From Cyanobacteria bacterium P01_A01_bin.123 (lineage in GTDB: Bacteria > Cyanobacteriota > Cyanobacteriia > Phormidesmidales > Phormidesmidaceae), in contig JBCBZT010000019.1 in the NCBI GenBank assembly GCA_039815185.1, positions 64,859-128,858 of the forward strand: a stretch of 64,000 bases of DNA. The letters run 5' to 3'. Position numbers and translations under genes: made by a program. The notes beneath the pieces were generated by a model that was given only the letters and a program-made list of their open reading frames with translations, searched no databases and had not been told where the DNA came from. This document shows positions 39,695 through 50,092 of the stretch, one piece after another. How positions within the stretch are numbered: the stretch's first letter is position 1; each line of letters starts with the position of its first letter.

Positions 39695-39898
39695 ATGTCT
39701 TTCTTTCGCGCCTACATTGCACCTCTATTCATTATTCTGATTTTCGCGATCGCCATGTTGGCTGTCAGTGCTCGTATCTTTTTGCCCAGCGATATGATGG
39801 CTCCGGCACCCGTAGCAACCGCTGGAGTCTCGCTCGACCTACCTTGGTCTAACGGCATGGTGCTGTCGGGTGGCTTTACCCGTACAGATCTGTCTTGA
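39695..39898 (+). CDS. Small conserved cyanobacterial membrane protein
   Basis: FFRAYIAPL...LAVSARIFLPSDM.APAP. Confidence 0.7.
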   Translation: MSFFRAYIAPLFIILIFAIAMLAVSARIFLPSDMMAPAPVATAGVSLDLPWSNGMVLSGGFTRTDLS

Positions 39899-39982
39899 TG
39901 CGCAACTCAGGCTCGGCCTTGAGGCTCGAATCCGTTGCGGCCAAACCACGGTGATTCCAGCACTAGGCAGTAGAAATAGGGC

Positions 39983-40471
39983 ATGAGTTTTCCGATTGAT
40001 GGCTACCAGCTCATACAGGGCTCGACTTTAGACCGAGCCCGGCTGATCGGGTTTATGCAGCGCACCTACCAAGAACTTGGGAATGGTCAAGATACAGACC
40101 ATCTGCTGCAAACCGTTGATCAATACTTGTCACAGGAAACACCGCTTTGGTGGGTTATCGCTGAGAGTGCATCAAATTCAGGCAATCCGAGGACGCTGAT
40201 ACCTCCGGTTGCCTGTTTGTGGTTAGGCACTGCGATTGACCAACGCAACGGCGATCACCATGCCTATCTATTGCTGCTATATGTTTTGCCTGAGCATCGT
40301 CGTCGCGGTATCGGCTTGGCACTCATGCAACAAGCGCACCAGTGGTCAAAAGCGCGGGGCGATCGTCAAATCAGCTTGCAGGTATTTGAAGACAATTCGG
40401 CTGCACTTTCACTCTACAAACAGCTGGGGTACCAAACCACTGCTCGATTAATGCACAGAATATGGGAATGA
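39983..40471 (+). CDS. GNAT N-acetyltransferase
   Basis: LYVLPEHRRRGIG.ALM...LQVF..N..A.SLY..LGY. Confidence 0.9.
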   Translation: MSFPIDGYQLIQGSTLDRARLIGFMQRTYQELGNGQDTDHLLQTVDQYLSQETPLWWVIAESASNSGNPRTLIPPVACLWLGTAIDQRNGDHHAYLLLLYVLPEHRRRGIGLALMQQAHQWSKARGDRQISLQVFEDNSAALSLYKQLGYQTTARLMHRIWE

Positions 40472-40595
40472 GCTTGATACGTTAGTCCTGAGGTGCTGTC
40501 TACGGTTGCCATTTTGAGCCTGACAGTGCCTATATTGAGCGTCCCATTCCTCACCTGCTCGGGTCTCATTCACTTTGATGGGGGAGACCGTAGTC

Positions 40596-40829
40596 TTACC
40601 TAAAGTCTTCTGGAGTTGGAGGTACCGTTGGGATTTGCTTGACCAACCCATTGGCGATCGCGTCTTGTAGAATTGCCAAAATATGCGTTTCTCGCCGATC
40701 AGGTAGATGTCCCGTTAAGTGACGGTCAATGGCAGCAGCTAAGCCAGGGGACAACTCACCCAGTGCGATTGCCCGTCTTACCATTTCTTCTAGGGTTTCT
40801 TCGCCCCGATCACAGGCCATTGCGAACAT
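40596..40829 (-). CDS. Hypothetical small protein
   Basis: 77-aa ORF; LEEMVRRAI...LAILQDAI..G pattern. Confidence 0.55.
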   Translation of the reverse strand: MFAMACDRGEETLEEMVRRAIALGELSPGLAAAIDRHLTGHLPDRRETHILAILQDAIANGLVKQIPTVPPTPEDFR

Positions 40830-41029
40830 ACCAGATTTGTCTCACTCAGCACTCTGTAAAACTTCAAGCGCTAAAGTCAGGATTGCGGAAATTAGCGATC
40901 AAATCCGTGAAATTGGTCACTGATTTTACCGGAGTTTAAAGTCGCCAAAGCGTGCTCAGTTATTTCCACAATGTTGCTGATCCCCCCTGTAATCTTTAAC
41001 CGTAGATTTACGGATCTCTCGTCATCGCG

Positions 41030-42538
41030 TTACTGGGAAGCTTGCATCGTGGGTAAATAAACTCGGAAAGTAGCCCCAGCGCCCACATGACTCTCGACAG
41101 TAATTGAGCCCCCACAGTAGGTTAGGAGCTGTTGCACAATAGTTAACCCCAATCCGGCCCCTTCTACTTCTCCATCAGGAATCTGACGCCCTCGATAAAA
41201 GCAGTCAAAGATCCGGGGTAGGTCGGGGCCAGGTACGCCAATCCCAGTGTCTTGAAAAGCTAACTGCACCATATCTTCACCATGGGGTTGGGCAATCACC
41301 TGAACTTGACCAGCAGCTGGCGTGAACTTAAGGCTGTTGTCAATCAGATTCGTTACGATTTGCTTGATCCAAGATTCTGGACAGGCGATCGCTGGCAAAT
41401 TTTCAGCAATGGTGTACTTGAGCGTGACCCCTTTTTCTTGGGCTAGGGGTTGATAGGTGCTGATAAATCCGGGTAAGTTGACGCTTAATAAAACGGGCTT
41501 GACAGGCAACTTCCCTAAATCACTTTCAAGTTGGAGCAAATTTAGGACGCCGTTGACAAGTACACTTTGGCGATCGCACTCGGTGCTAATCATGTCAAGG
41601 TAACGCTGCCGCTGTAACGCCTTCAAGCTAGAAGATGAAAGCAACGTCAGTGCTGTTTTGATATTTGTCAGTGGCTTGCGCAGTTCTTGCCCAACGGTGC
41701 TGAGGAAGTCGTCTCGCAGTCTCATCGTATTGATGAGTTCTTCATTTTGGGTCGATAAAATCGAGGCTTCTGACGCCTGGCGCTTCAAGCCTGACAAAGC
41801 TTGTCGCATATCTTCTTGTTGCTTAAATCGATTGGCCAGCAACAGGTCCAACAAGCCGAAATTCACCTTATCCGAGAGTTGTGTCTGGGAAGTCCAAGTT
41901 TCAAGCAGTGCTTTAGGTGCTGAGGCATCTGGATAGTTTGCGGCACTGACTTCCACCAACTCTTGGACTCCCTTAAGCAGATAACCCATGAGTTCCGGAT
42001 TAACGGAAATCACGATTTTGAGATAATGCTTTTGATCTTGATTGAGTTCTTTGAGGCCGCCTAAATCAACCCCTGTCTCTTCACCATCGGCAGCAGCATC
42101 TATATCACTCGGGGAAGGGGCTAAGAAATCTTGTCCTGGCTTGACGCGAAAACGACGCACCACAATCGCGAGGGAAAACCCATCTGCGATCGCCAGCAAA
42201 AAATATTCCCCCCGCATTTTATAGTCTTCGGGGAGGGGAATTGTCTGGTAAGGGCTCAAGGGCTCAGCATGGGGATCATCCGCTTCAGCCTTAAACCAGT
42301 AAGTTGTCGTCGAGTCAGTAACCTGCTGTAAGTAATGATGAGCTTCAGATTGCCACGAACTCCCGGAGGGTAACTTTAGCCAACAGGTCACCCCCAGATT
42401 TTGATCAATCAAATAATTGAAGACAGACTGTAGAATGCCCTTAAAGCCCCTGGGCCAAACCCGAAACGCCATCGGAGGGTCAGGATAGGCACGAGCAAGC
42501 TGAAATAAAGAAACTGTAGGCGGGCTCGATGAAGGCAT
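41030..42538 (-). CDS. DICT-like sensor histidine-kinase-like ATPase with non-canonical H-box
   Basis: N-terminal sensor region (EYFLLAIADGFS), FLSTVGQELRKPL, NLIDNSLKFT, DTGIG, GAGLGL; probable ATG at 42538. Confidence 0.85.
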   Translation of the reverse strand: MPSSSPPTVSLFQLARAYPDPPMAFRVWPRGFKGILQSVFNYLIDQNLGVTCWLKLPSGSSWQSEAHHYLQQVTDSTTTYWFKAEADDPHAEPLSPYQTIPLPEDYKMRGEYFLLAIADGFSLAIVVRRFRVKPGQDFLAPSPSDIDAAADGEETGVDLGGLKELNQDQKHYLKIVISVNPELMGYLLKGVQELVEVSAANYPDASAPKALLETWTSQTQLSDKVNFGLLDLLLANRFKQQEDMRQALSGLKRQASEASILSTQNEELINTMRLRDDFLSTVGQELRKPLTNIKTALTLLSSSSLKALQRQRYLDMISTECDRQSVLVNGVLNLLQLESDLGKLPVKPVLLSVNLPGFISTYQPLAQEKGVTLKYTIAENLPAIACPESWIKQIVTNLIDNSLKFTPAAGQVQVIAQPHGEDMVQLAFQDTGIGVPGPDLPRIFDCFYRGRQIPDGEVEGAGLGLTIVQQLLTYCGGSITVESHVGAGATFRVYLPTMQASQ

Positions 42539-42677
42539 AGGGAAGGGACATTGGATGGGGGAACTAATGCTCAGGTTTATCTGAGGATAACAACAACCTA
42601 TTTGCACTTGTTTGGGTCTACATTCATAGAAATGGTATATCCTGCACTACCGTTGCTGAACAAATAACTGTAAAAAT

Positions 42678-44204
42678 TTAAGGGCGTTGGGCTGTCGAGA
42701 CATAACGCTGGGTCAGGGCTATTCGGGCTTGTTCTCGATCATCAAAGTGGATTTTCTCAGTCCCTAAAATTTGATAATCTTCGTGTCCCTTACCGGCAAT
42801 TAAAATGCCATCGCCAGATTGGGCATTTTCGATCGCTGCTGCAATGGCCGTTGCCCGATCGGCAACCACTGTCGGCACCTTGAAGCTGGCATCCATCCCC
42901 GCGACAATCTCTTGCAAAATGTCATCTGGATTTTCGGTGCGGGGGTTATCGGAGGTAACATAAACGACATCAGCCAACGCTTGGGCAATGTGGCCCATCT
43001 GAGGACGTTTGCTGCGATCGCGATCGCCACCACAGCCAAACACACAAATGAGCTGGCCTGATACAAAAGGACGCGTGGCTTTTAACGCATTATCTAAACT
43101 ATCGGGTGTGTGAGCGTAGTCTACGATCACACTGATATCTTGGGTCTCGCTGACCTTAACTTGCTCCATGCGTCCTGGCACCCCGACAAACTGAGGTAGG
43201 GCAGATTGAATCGTGTTTAGGGAAATGCCTAAATGTAGCGCTGCCCCAACTGCCGCCATCATATTTTCCAAGTTAAATTGGCCCACCAAAGGAGAGGTAA
43301 ACGGCACGACCCCAAAGGGGGTATACAGGATGCCGCTGACGCTGTTGGCCGTGTAGGTTAAATCAGCGGTGTAAAGATCAGCACTAGAACTGGTCAGGCT
43401 GTAAGTCCAAACGCGATCGCTAGGCAACCGTTCCATCAATTGCTGCCCATAGGGGTCTTGTTTATTAAGGATGGCCCGCCCTTTCAGATAATCATCGCTA
43501 AACAACAGGGCTTTCGCCTCAAAGTAGTCATCTAAGTCGGTGTGATAGTCGAGGTGATCTTGGCTCAGATTAGTAAATACCGCAACTTCAAAAGGGCAAC
43601 GCCACACGCGCTTTTGCGCTAACGCATGGGAACTCACCTCCATCACGACCAGTTGGGTACCATCCTTGAAGGCGCTGGCTAACTCGGCTTGGAGTTCTAT
43701 CGGAAAAGGTGTGGTGTGGGTTGCGATCCGTTGGTGTCCTGGCCAGCGACTATACAAGGTACCGAATAAGCCCGTGGGCACACCAGCCTGCTGGAGCAAA
43801 TATTCAATCAGGTGGGTCGTGGTAGTTTTGCCGTTGGTACCCGTGACACCAATGAGTTTCAGAGCATTAGCAGGATAGTCATAGAAGGCTGCCGCCGCCT
43901 CTGCACAGGCCACGGCCATATCCATCAACGGAATGACGCATTCTTCAGCCGTAGGGGGGCGATTCTGAAAAGCCTGGGGTGACACAAAAGCTGCGATCGC
44001 CCCCGCCGCGATCGCACCTTGCCAAAAATCCCCCCCATCCACACGAGTACCCGGCATGCCGATAAACAAATCCCCCGGTTTACAGGCATGGGAATTAGTC
44101 GAAAGTCCCGTAATTTCAAGCTCCAGAGCGGCTTGATTGACAAGGGAAACCTCTGGAATCAAAAGGCTTTCAGGCAATTTTGCCAATAGTTCACGCAGCT
44201 TCAT
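42678..44204 (-). CDS. murE: UDP-MurNAc-tripeptide synthetase
   Basis: GVTGTNGKTT, MEVSSH, DHLDYH, DYAHTPD, DNPR (meso-DAP specificity), AGKGHE. Confidence 0.97.
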   Translation of the reverse strand: MKLRELLAKLPESLLIPEVSLVNQAALELEITGLSTNSHACKPGDLFIGMPGTRVDGGDFWQGAIAAGAIAAFVSPQAFQNRPPTAEECVIPLMDMAVACAEAAAAFYDYPANALKLIGVTGTNGKTTTTHLIEYLLQQAGVPTGLFGTLYSRWPGHQRIATHTTPFPIELQAELASAFKDGTQLVVMEVSSHALAQKRVWRCPFEVAVFTNLSQDHLDYHTDLDDYFEAKALLFSDDYLKGRAILNKQDPYGQQLMERLPSDRVWTYSLTSSSADLYTADLTYTANSVSGILYTPFGVVPFTSPLVGQFNLENMMAAVGAALHLGISLNTIQSALPQFVGVPGRMEQVKVSETQDISVIVDYAHTPDSLDNALKATRPFVSGQLICVFGCGGDRDRSKRPQMGHIAQALADVVYVTSDNPRTENPDDILQEIVAGMDASFKVPTVVADRATAIAAAIENAQSGDGILIAGKGHEDYQILGTEKIHFDDREQARIALTQRYVSTAQRP

Positions 44205-44309
44205 GTCAACACCCCCTCAAAGATGATCTAAACCCCATCCGATTCAAAAATTTGACTAAGGGCATAGGATTTGCCCCTCTACAGAGAAAATCATGGGATA
44301 GGGTCAGGT

Positions 44310-44594
44310 TTATTCTCCAACACTTTCTCCGATGTATTTCTGTAACAATCGCGCCACCTGTGCTGCCGAAGCACGAGGAGAAATACGCGGCAGTGCTTTT
44401 TCCGCAGGAGACACCCCCCCCTCTGAAACCCAGCAAAGTACTGGAATTTCATATTGATAGGCCTGAAACCAGTCCGGGCGCGATGTAATATCCCTAATCT
44501 CCAGTTCAAACTGCGGGTTTCTTACCTGAGCCAGCTTTTCCTGTAGCCCCTCACAAAGATGACACCCAGGTTTGCTGTAAAGAATCAGTTGCAT
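44310..44594 (-). CDS. Glutaredoxin-like protein (DUF836 type)
   Basis: LILYSKPGCHLCEGL...YQYEIPVL. Confidence 0.88.
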   Translation of the reverse strand: MQLILYSKPGCHLCEGLQEKLAQVRNPQFELEIRDITSRPDWFQAYQYEIPVLCWVSEGGVSPAEKALPRISPRASAAQVARLLQKYIGESVGE

Positions 44595-44881
44595 GCCAGC
44601 CTCAAATCAAAGTGTTGTTCTCAAAGTTTAGGGGCAGAAACAGCCTTAAGAAGAGGCAATCAGCCCGCAGCCGAAAAAATCCATTGTTTTTCACTGGGCT
44701 TTTGTCTCGCAAGGGGTTAACTTTTATTAGGTTGCAACTGTCGCGGCTGAATTCGGAAACCCGAACTATTAAGTGGGATTTAATTCCACGTATCCCGACC
44801 GGATTATGTGTGATTATGGGGTAGTATTGGGTGTATAAAGAATCTGATACCGCTTTAACAGTCAACCAGCGGAAACTCACT

Positions 44882-45613
44882 ATGGTTCAATGCATGGCAT
44901 CTCCCGTAAGGGCAACCTCTCTCGATCCTGATCATCTAGCGTGGCTCAACCGTCGCTTTGAAAACGCTGACCCCCTAGATATCTTGGCTTGGTGCGTTGA
45001 GAATATTTCTGAAGGATTAGTTCAAACCACCGCCTTCAGCATTTTGTCTGTAACAGACATGCTCTATCGTGAGTTGAACGCATCCGTCCCCGTTATTTTT
45101 CTAGATACGCTGCACCATTTTCCCGAAACTCTAGAGACTGCGGAACGGGCAAAACAAGCCTATAATCTTGATTTGCGTGTGTACCGAGCCTATGGGGTTG
45201 ATAGCCGAGAAGCTTTTGCCGCTCGTTACGGCGAAAGACTTTGGGAAACCGATGTAGACCGCTTTCACTATCTTACTAAGGTAGAACCGCTACAGCGAGC
45301 CCTGACTGAGATTGGGGTCACTGCCTGGGTGACGGGTCGCCGACGCGAACAGTCTGCAACTCGGCACAATATGCCGATCTTTGAAGCCGATAACCAAGGC
45401 CGAGTCAAAATCAATCCTCTAGCCAACTGGACGCGCAAGGAGTTGTGGAGTTACACCTACAATCACAACGTGATTTACAACCCCTTGCACGATAAAGGCT
45501 ACACCAGCATTGGTGATGAACCCCTGACAACCCCCGTCAATCTTGGTGAAGATGAGCGGGCGGGTCGCTGGCGTGGTAGCGCTAAAACTGAGTGTGGTAT
45601 CCACGTTGTTTAA
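44882..45613 (+). CDS. cysH: Phosphoadenylyl-sulfate reductase
   Basis: FLDTLHHF, KVEP, TGRRREQS, GYTSIGD, ERAGRW, C-terminal ECGIH; no Fe-S cysteine pairs. Confidence 0.93.
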   Translation: MVQCMASPVRATSLDPDHLAWLNRRFENADPLDILAWCVENISEGLVQTTAFSILSVTDMLYRELNASVPVIFLDTLHHFPETLETAERAKQAYNLDLRVYRAYGVDSREAFAARYGERLWETDVDRFHYLTKVEPLQRALTEIGVTAWVTGRRREQSATRHNMPIFEADNQGRVKINPLANWTRKELWSYTYNHNVIYNPLHDKGYTSIGDEPLTTPVNLGEDERAGRWRGSAKTECGIHVV

Positions 45614-45660
45614 GTTGTGTAATAGAACCGATAGCCCTTAGCCCTTGGAGATCTGCAATT

Positions 45661-46212
45661 ATGGTTCGTCAATGGTTGATTGCCCTTGGTCTGGCAAGCA
45701 GCATGCTTGTCGGTTGCACGCCAACGACGACACCCAACGCAGTCGAAACGCCCCCTGACTCCAGCGCTGTTGCCGATGAAGCGGCTTCATCGGCGCAGAC
45801 TGAGCCGAGCCCAACCCCTACCGCAGCAGTCGAGCCTACTGAGCCAGTCACCGCAGATCAGGCCCCCGACCGCAGTGGGACTTTTGTGAGTGCAGAGCAT
45901 CCTACCCAAGGCACTGCACGTTTGGTATCGACCCCGAGTGGAACTGTCCTTGAGTTTGAGGAAGATTTTCAAACTGATAATGGGCCAGATCTGGTTGTTG
46001 TTCTACATACGGCAGTAGATGTAATCGGGTCAACAACCCCACCCGCGTATCCTTTGCAAGAAAGCGACTACATCACTATCGCGCCGCTACAAAGCGTCCA
46101 GGGTATGCAGCAATATGCTATTCCCGACACGATTGAGTTATCCGCCTATCAGTCTGTTGCAATTTGGTGTCAGCAGTTTAATGCCACGTTTGGAGCTGCC
46201 TCGTTGAATTAG
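45661..46212 (+). CDS. DM13 domain lipoprotein
   Basis: Lipobox LVGC, Pro/Thr linker, GTF...HPTQG, GPDL, IWCQQFNATFG. Confidence 0.88.
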   Translation: MVRQWLIALGLASSMLVGCTPTTTPNAVETPPDSSAVADEAASSAQTEPSPTPTAAVEPTEPVTADQAPDRSGTFVSAEHPTQGTARLVSTPSGTVLEFEEDFQTDNGPDLVVVLHTAVDVIGSTTPPAYPLQESDYITIAPLQSVQGMQQYAIPDTIELSAYQSVAIWCQQFNATFGAASLN

Positions 46213-46319
46213 GTGTCACTGGCTCATCAATCTAAGGCTTTCTGTCAAACCCTCCGTTTATGTGATCAAAGTTTTCTGAATTGCTGATGTGAGCTTTTTC
46301 AGTTGCCGTTACGCTACAT

Positions 46320-46364
46320 ACTTCAAGGATTATTACGGCAAGACGCCGTAATAATCCTTGAAGT
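46320..46364. repeat. Perfect 20-bp-stem inverted repeat
   Basis: ACTTCAAGGATTATTACGGC-aagac-GCCGTAATAATCCTTGAAGT. Confidence 0.85.
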
Positions 46365-46433
46365 GGGTTGGTTCCACGCCACTCAGATTGGACTATTCAG
46401 AAAAAAGCAACCTGATTTTTACAGGGTTACTTC

Positions 46434-47441
46434 ATGTCAAAGCCTTCATTGATTCAGCGACTGGGTGACCAGATTCAGTCGTGGCTCGCCAAAGTGCCCA
46501 TTCTCAAGTTGCGAGCATCCCTGCTTGAAGATTCGCAGCTTAACCTCAACTTTTTGGTGCTACTTACTGGCTCTTGTCTGATTGCCACATTTGGTTTGAT
46601 TATCAATAGCGCTGCTGTAATCATCGGCGCGATGATTATTGCGCCGCTCATGCAGCCACTGCGGGGCTTCGCCTTTGCCGCCATTGAAGGCGATCGGGAG
46701 CTGCTGAGAATTAGTGCTGCATCTATTACCATGGGCACCCTTGCTGGCATTATTATGTCCTGTCTGGCAGGGGCACTAATGGGTATTCCTGAGTTTGGCA
46801 GCGAAGTGCTAGCACGTACCGAACCCACGCTCATTGATCTGATGATTGCCCTCGTGGCCGGAGCGATTAGCGGCTATGCCAAGATTCGCCCTGAGTTAGG
46901 AGATGCGCTGCCCGGAACTGCGATCGCAGTTGCCCTCATGCCGCCCCTCTGTGTTGTTGGGTTAACCCTGTCTCAAGGACAGTGGGTCTACAGTAGTGGA
47001 GCCTTTTTGCTTTATTTCACTAATCTATTGGGTATCAATCTCGCCTGTACCATCGTCTATGTTTTGGCTGGATATACCCGCCGCAATAACCAGTTCAGCC
47101 GCACCCTCAGCTGGAGTGTGAGTGCGGCGCTGATTTCAATACTGGTCATTCCTCTGGGGATCAGTTCCTTGCAGCTTATTCGTCAGAGCCGCCTGAACTA
47201 TTCCATGCAGAGTATTTTGAATAATCATCCCTTGCTAGCTCGACAAGATGTTGAGCTACTGGAAACTCGCATTGTCTGGCAAACCTCGGAAATTGAGCTG
47301 GTGGTTCGGGCCTCTGAACCGATCACGCCAGCAGAGGTAGCGCTGGTAAAACAAACCGTTGTCAGCGAGTTTGGACAGCCTTTTGAGGTGTCTTTTAGCG
47401 TGACTCAGGCTACTAAAGTCAGTGATTCAACGGCACCCTGA
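46434..47441 (+). CDS. DUF389 membrane protein
   Basis: IATFGL..NSAAVIIGAMIIAPLM, RTEPTLIDL, PGTAIAVALMPPL. Confidence 0.88.
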   Translation: MSKPSLIQRLGDQIQSWLAKVPILKLRASLLEDSQLNLNFLVLLTGSCLIATFGLIINSAAVIIGAMIIAPLMQPLRGFAFAAIEGDRELLRISAASITMGTLAGIIMSCLAGALMGIPEFGSEVLARTEPTLIDLMIALVAGAISGYAKIRPELGDALPGTAIAVALMPPLCVVGLTLSQGQWVYSSGAFLLYFTNLLGINLACTIVYVLAGYTRRNNQFSRTLSWSVSAALISILVIPLGISSLQLIRQSRLNYSMQSILNNHPLLARQDVELLETRIVWQTSEIELVVRASEPITPAEVALVKQTVVSEFGQPFEVSFSVTQATKVSDSTAP

Positions 47442-47443
47442 AT

Positions 47444-50092
47444 TCACAACGAAGATGTGCGATGCCGCACCTTTTGTGACAGGGGAATCTTGACTAAAAA
47501 CTCGGTGCCCCGCCCCGGCGTCGAAAGGCACTGTAGTTCTCCACCATGGCGCTCTACCACCATCTGATAGCTAATCGACATGCCCAACCCCGTTCCCTTA
47601 CCCACAGGTTTTGTGGTGAAAAACGGATCAAACATGCGTCGCTGCACTTCCTCAGGAATACCGCTGCCGTTATCCTTTAGCCGAATGCATACCGTATCTG
47701 CATCGATGAGTTCTGTACTTAGCGTTATTTGCGGCACCCATAAACTGCTGGGCTGATTCACAGCTTTTTCGTCGATGGCATCAATGGCGTTGACCAGCAA
47801 ATTCATGAAGACCTGATTGAGCTGGCTGGCATAACAGTTGACTTTAGGTAGCAGCCCATAATTTTTGACCAATCGAATTTCCGAGCGCTGGGGGGCTTCC
47901 TTGGTGCGAATGGCCAAAATTGTCAGCGTACTGTCGATGCCGTTGTGAATATCCACGTTTTTCAGCTCAGCCCCACCCAACCGGGAGAAATCTCTCAAGG
48001 ATTTGACAATATCCGTAATTCGTTCTGTACCTCCCCGCATGGATACCAAAAGCTTATGCAAATCTTCTTCCAGGTAGTCAAGATCGATCTCCTGGAGCAA
48101 ACTTTCCATTTCACTGGAATGTTCTGGATACTCGGCCTGATAGGTTTCGATCACCCGCAGTAAATCTTGGACATACTGTTCGGCGTAGGTCAGATTGCCA
48201 TGAATAAAATTAACTGGATTATTAATCTCATGGGCCACCCCAGCCACAAGCTGCCCCAAACTCGACATTTTTTCACTGTGCACCAGCTGAATTTGAGCCT
48301 GCTGGAGTTCCTTAAGGGCCTTTTCTAACTGGCGAGATTTGCGACCTTTTACCTCTGCCTCTAGCAAGGCAGCTTCAGCCTGTTTACGGAGCGTAATATC
48401 CCGCACGATCAGCGTGTAGAAATCTTCTTTAGGGGTTTGGGTGATTGTAACTGTCGCCTCAATGGGAAAAGTCCTGTTTCCGTGGCGGCAGCCGATCAGT
48501 TCATAGGGATTGCCATCCACACTGGCTCGGGTCAGTAGCTTAGCGATCGTTCCATTGTTAGGCCGACCTAACTGACTAGATTTGCTCATCATCAGCCGAT
48601 GAATAGGTTGGCCACAGATGGCGGTTTCTGATACCCCAAACAGCTTACGCACGGATGGATTAGCTGTGCGAATCTTTAGGTCTTGTTGAGTGACTGTAAT
48701 AATTGCTTCTGTGGCACTTTGCACAATCGCTTCGTTATGGACGGTGGCCTGCTCTAATGCATCGATCACCCGGTTGTAGCGACTGGCGATTTGGCCCACG
48801 GGTGTAAAGGATTCGGCAGGCACACGCAAGCTGAGATTGCCCGTACGCGCTTGGCGCTGCATTACATTGAATAAATCCACCAAATCACTGGAGGCCCCAT
48901 GCTCTGAAATATTTAGGCCGATGTGCTCTTGTTTGCGGGTGACACGCATGGGCCAGATGCGATTGATCCCTGACAGGACAAGGTAGGTAACGCCAAAGGC
49001 CCAAGCGCCAGCGGCAAAGGTGCCTAATAGCTGCACCTGCATTTGTTCAGCCCGGTTTAAGCCAGTCCCAATCAGGTCTAGATTACCCATCAGGGCAACG
49101 GCGAGAGTGCCCCAAATGCCCGCCCCCAGGTGGACAGGAATAGCACCCACTACATCATCGATGTGACAGCGGATTAATATCCGTTCTGTTAGTAACATCA
49201 CCAGGCTGCCCACAGCACCGATCATCACGGCTGAGGGCGCATTCACCACATGACAATTGGCAGTAATCGCCACCAGCCCAGCCAGGGAACCATTCATTAC
49301 GGCTGAAACAGGGACTGGTTTGCCTTGCGGCATGTAGAGCACAATTGGCATCACCAACCCTGCCGCTCCAGCCAAGAGCGTGTTAGCAAGAATGCCAGGC
49401 ACCTGATCGTTAAAGGCTAGAACACTGCCCCCGTTAAAGCCAAACCAACCCATCCACAGCAACAGCACGCCCAAAAGCGCTAGGGGCAGATCATAGCCAG
49501 TTAGCCGATTACTCCGGCGTTTGCGTGAAAATCGACCGATGCGAGGCCCGACAATCAATACTGTGGCCAAGGCAACCCAGCCACCAATGCTGTGTACTAC
49601 CGTCGACCCAGCAAAATCTACAAACCCCATATGTCCCAGCCAGCCGAAGGCATCCCCACGATCCAAACCATTCCAGACCCAGTGTCCATAGACTGGATAA
49701 ATCAGGCCAGAAACTAAAATCGACACCGTCACATAGCTGTTAAATCGCATGCGCTCTGCCACAGCCCCAGACACGATGGTGACAGCCGTGCTGCAAAACA
49801 TGGCTTGAAATAAGAAGAAGACCACCCACCAAACCTCGCCCTGGCCAAACTCAGGCATGAACTCACTCAACCCCACCCACCCTGCTTGGGATGCCCCAAA
49901 CATGATGGCAAACCCAAAGAGCCAAAAACAAAGTACTGAAACTCCCAAGTCAGCGATGTTTTTGACGACAACATTGATGTTATTTTTGCTGCGGGTAGAT
50001 CCAGCCTCCAGACCTAAAAACCCTGCCTGCATTAAAAATACTAGGCTTGCGGAGAAGACGACCCAGAGGATGTCGATGAGTTGATGCGTCAT
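47444..50092 (-). CDS. Ammonium transporter (Amt)-HAMP-PAS-histidine kinase fusion
   Basis: Amt: MQAGF..LEAG, FQAMF, SGAVAER, DFAGSTVVH, WFGFNGGS, DDVVGAIPVH; HAMP-like linker; PAS (ANPS...FPIEATV...RDIT); AHEINNP, QVFMNLLVNAIDA, FDPFFTTK..GKGTGLG. Confidence 0.93.
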   Translation of the reverse strand: MTHQLIDILWVVFSASLVFLMQAGFLGLEAGSTRSKNNINVVVKNIADLGVSVLCFWLFGFAIMFGASQAGWVGLSEFMPEFGQGEVWWVVFFLFQAMFCSTAVTIVSGAVAERMRFNSYVTVSILVSGLIYPVYGHWVWNGLDRGDAFGWLGHMGFVDFAGSTVVHSIGGWVALATVLIVGPRIGRFSRKRRSNRLTGYDLPLALLGVLLLWMGWFGFNGGSVLAFNDQVPGILANTLLAGAAGLVMPIVLYMPQGKPVPVSAVMNGSLAGLVAITANCHVVNAPSAVMIGAVGSLVMLLTERILIRCHIDDVVGAIPVHLGAGIWGTLAVALMGNLDLIGTGLNRAEQMQVQLLGTFAAGAWAFGVTYLVLSGINRIWPMRVTRKQEHIGLNISEHGASSDLVDLFNVMQRQARTGNLSLRVPAESFTPVGQIASRYNRVIDALEQATVHNEAIVQSATEAIITVTQQDLKIRTANPSVRKLFGVSETAICGQPIHRLMMSKSSQLGRPNNGTIAKLLTRASVDGNPYELIGCRHGNRTFPIEATVTITQTPKEDFYTLIVRDITLRKQAEAALLEAEVKGRKSRQLEKALKELQQAQIQLVHSEKMSSLGQLVAGVAHEINNPVNFIHGNLTYAEQYVQDLLRVIETYQAEYPEHSSEMESLLQEIDLDYLEEDLHKLLVSMRGGTERITDIVKSLRDFSRLGGAELKNVDIHNGIDSTLTILAIRTKEAPQRSEIRLVKNYGLLPKVNCYASQLNQVFMNLLVNAIDAIDEKAVNQPSSLWVPQITLSTELIDADTVCIRLKDNGSGIPEEVQRRMFDPFFTTKPVGKGTGLGMSISYQMVVERHGGELQCLSTPGRGTEFLVKIPLSQKVRHRTSSL

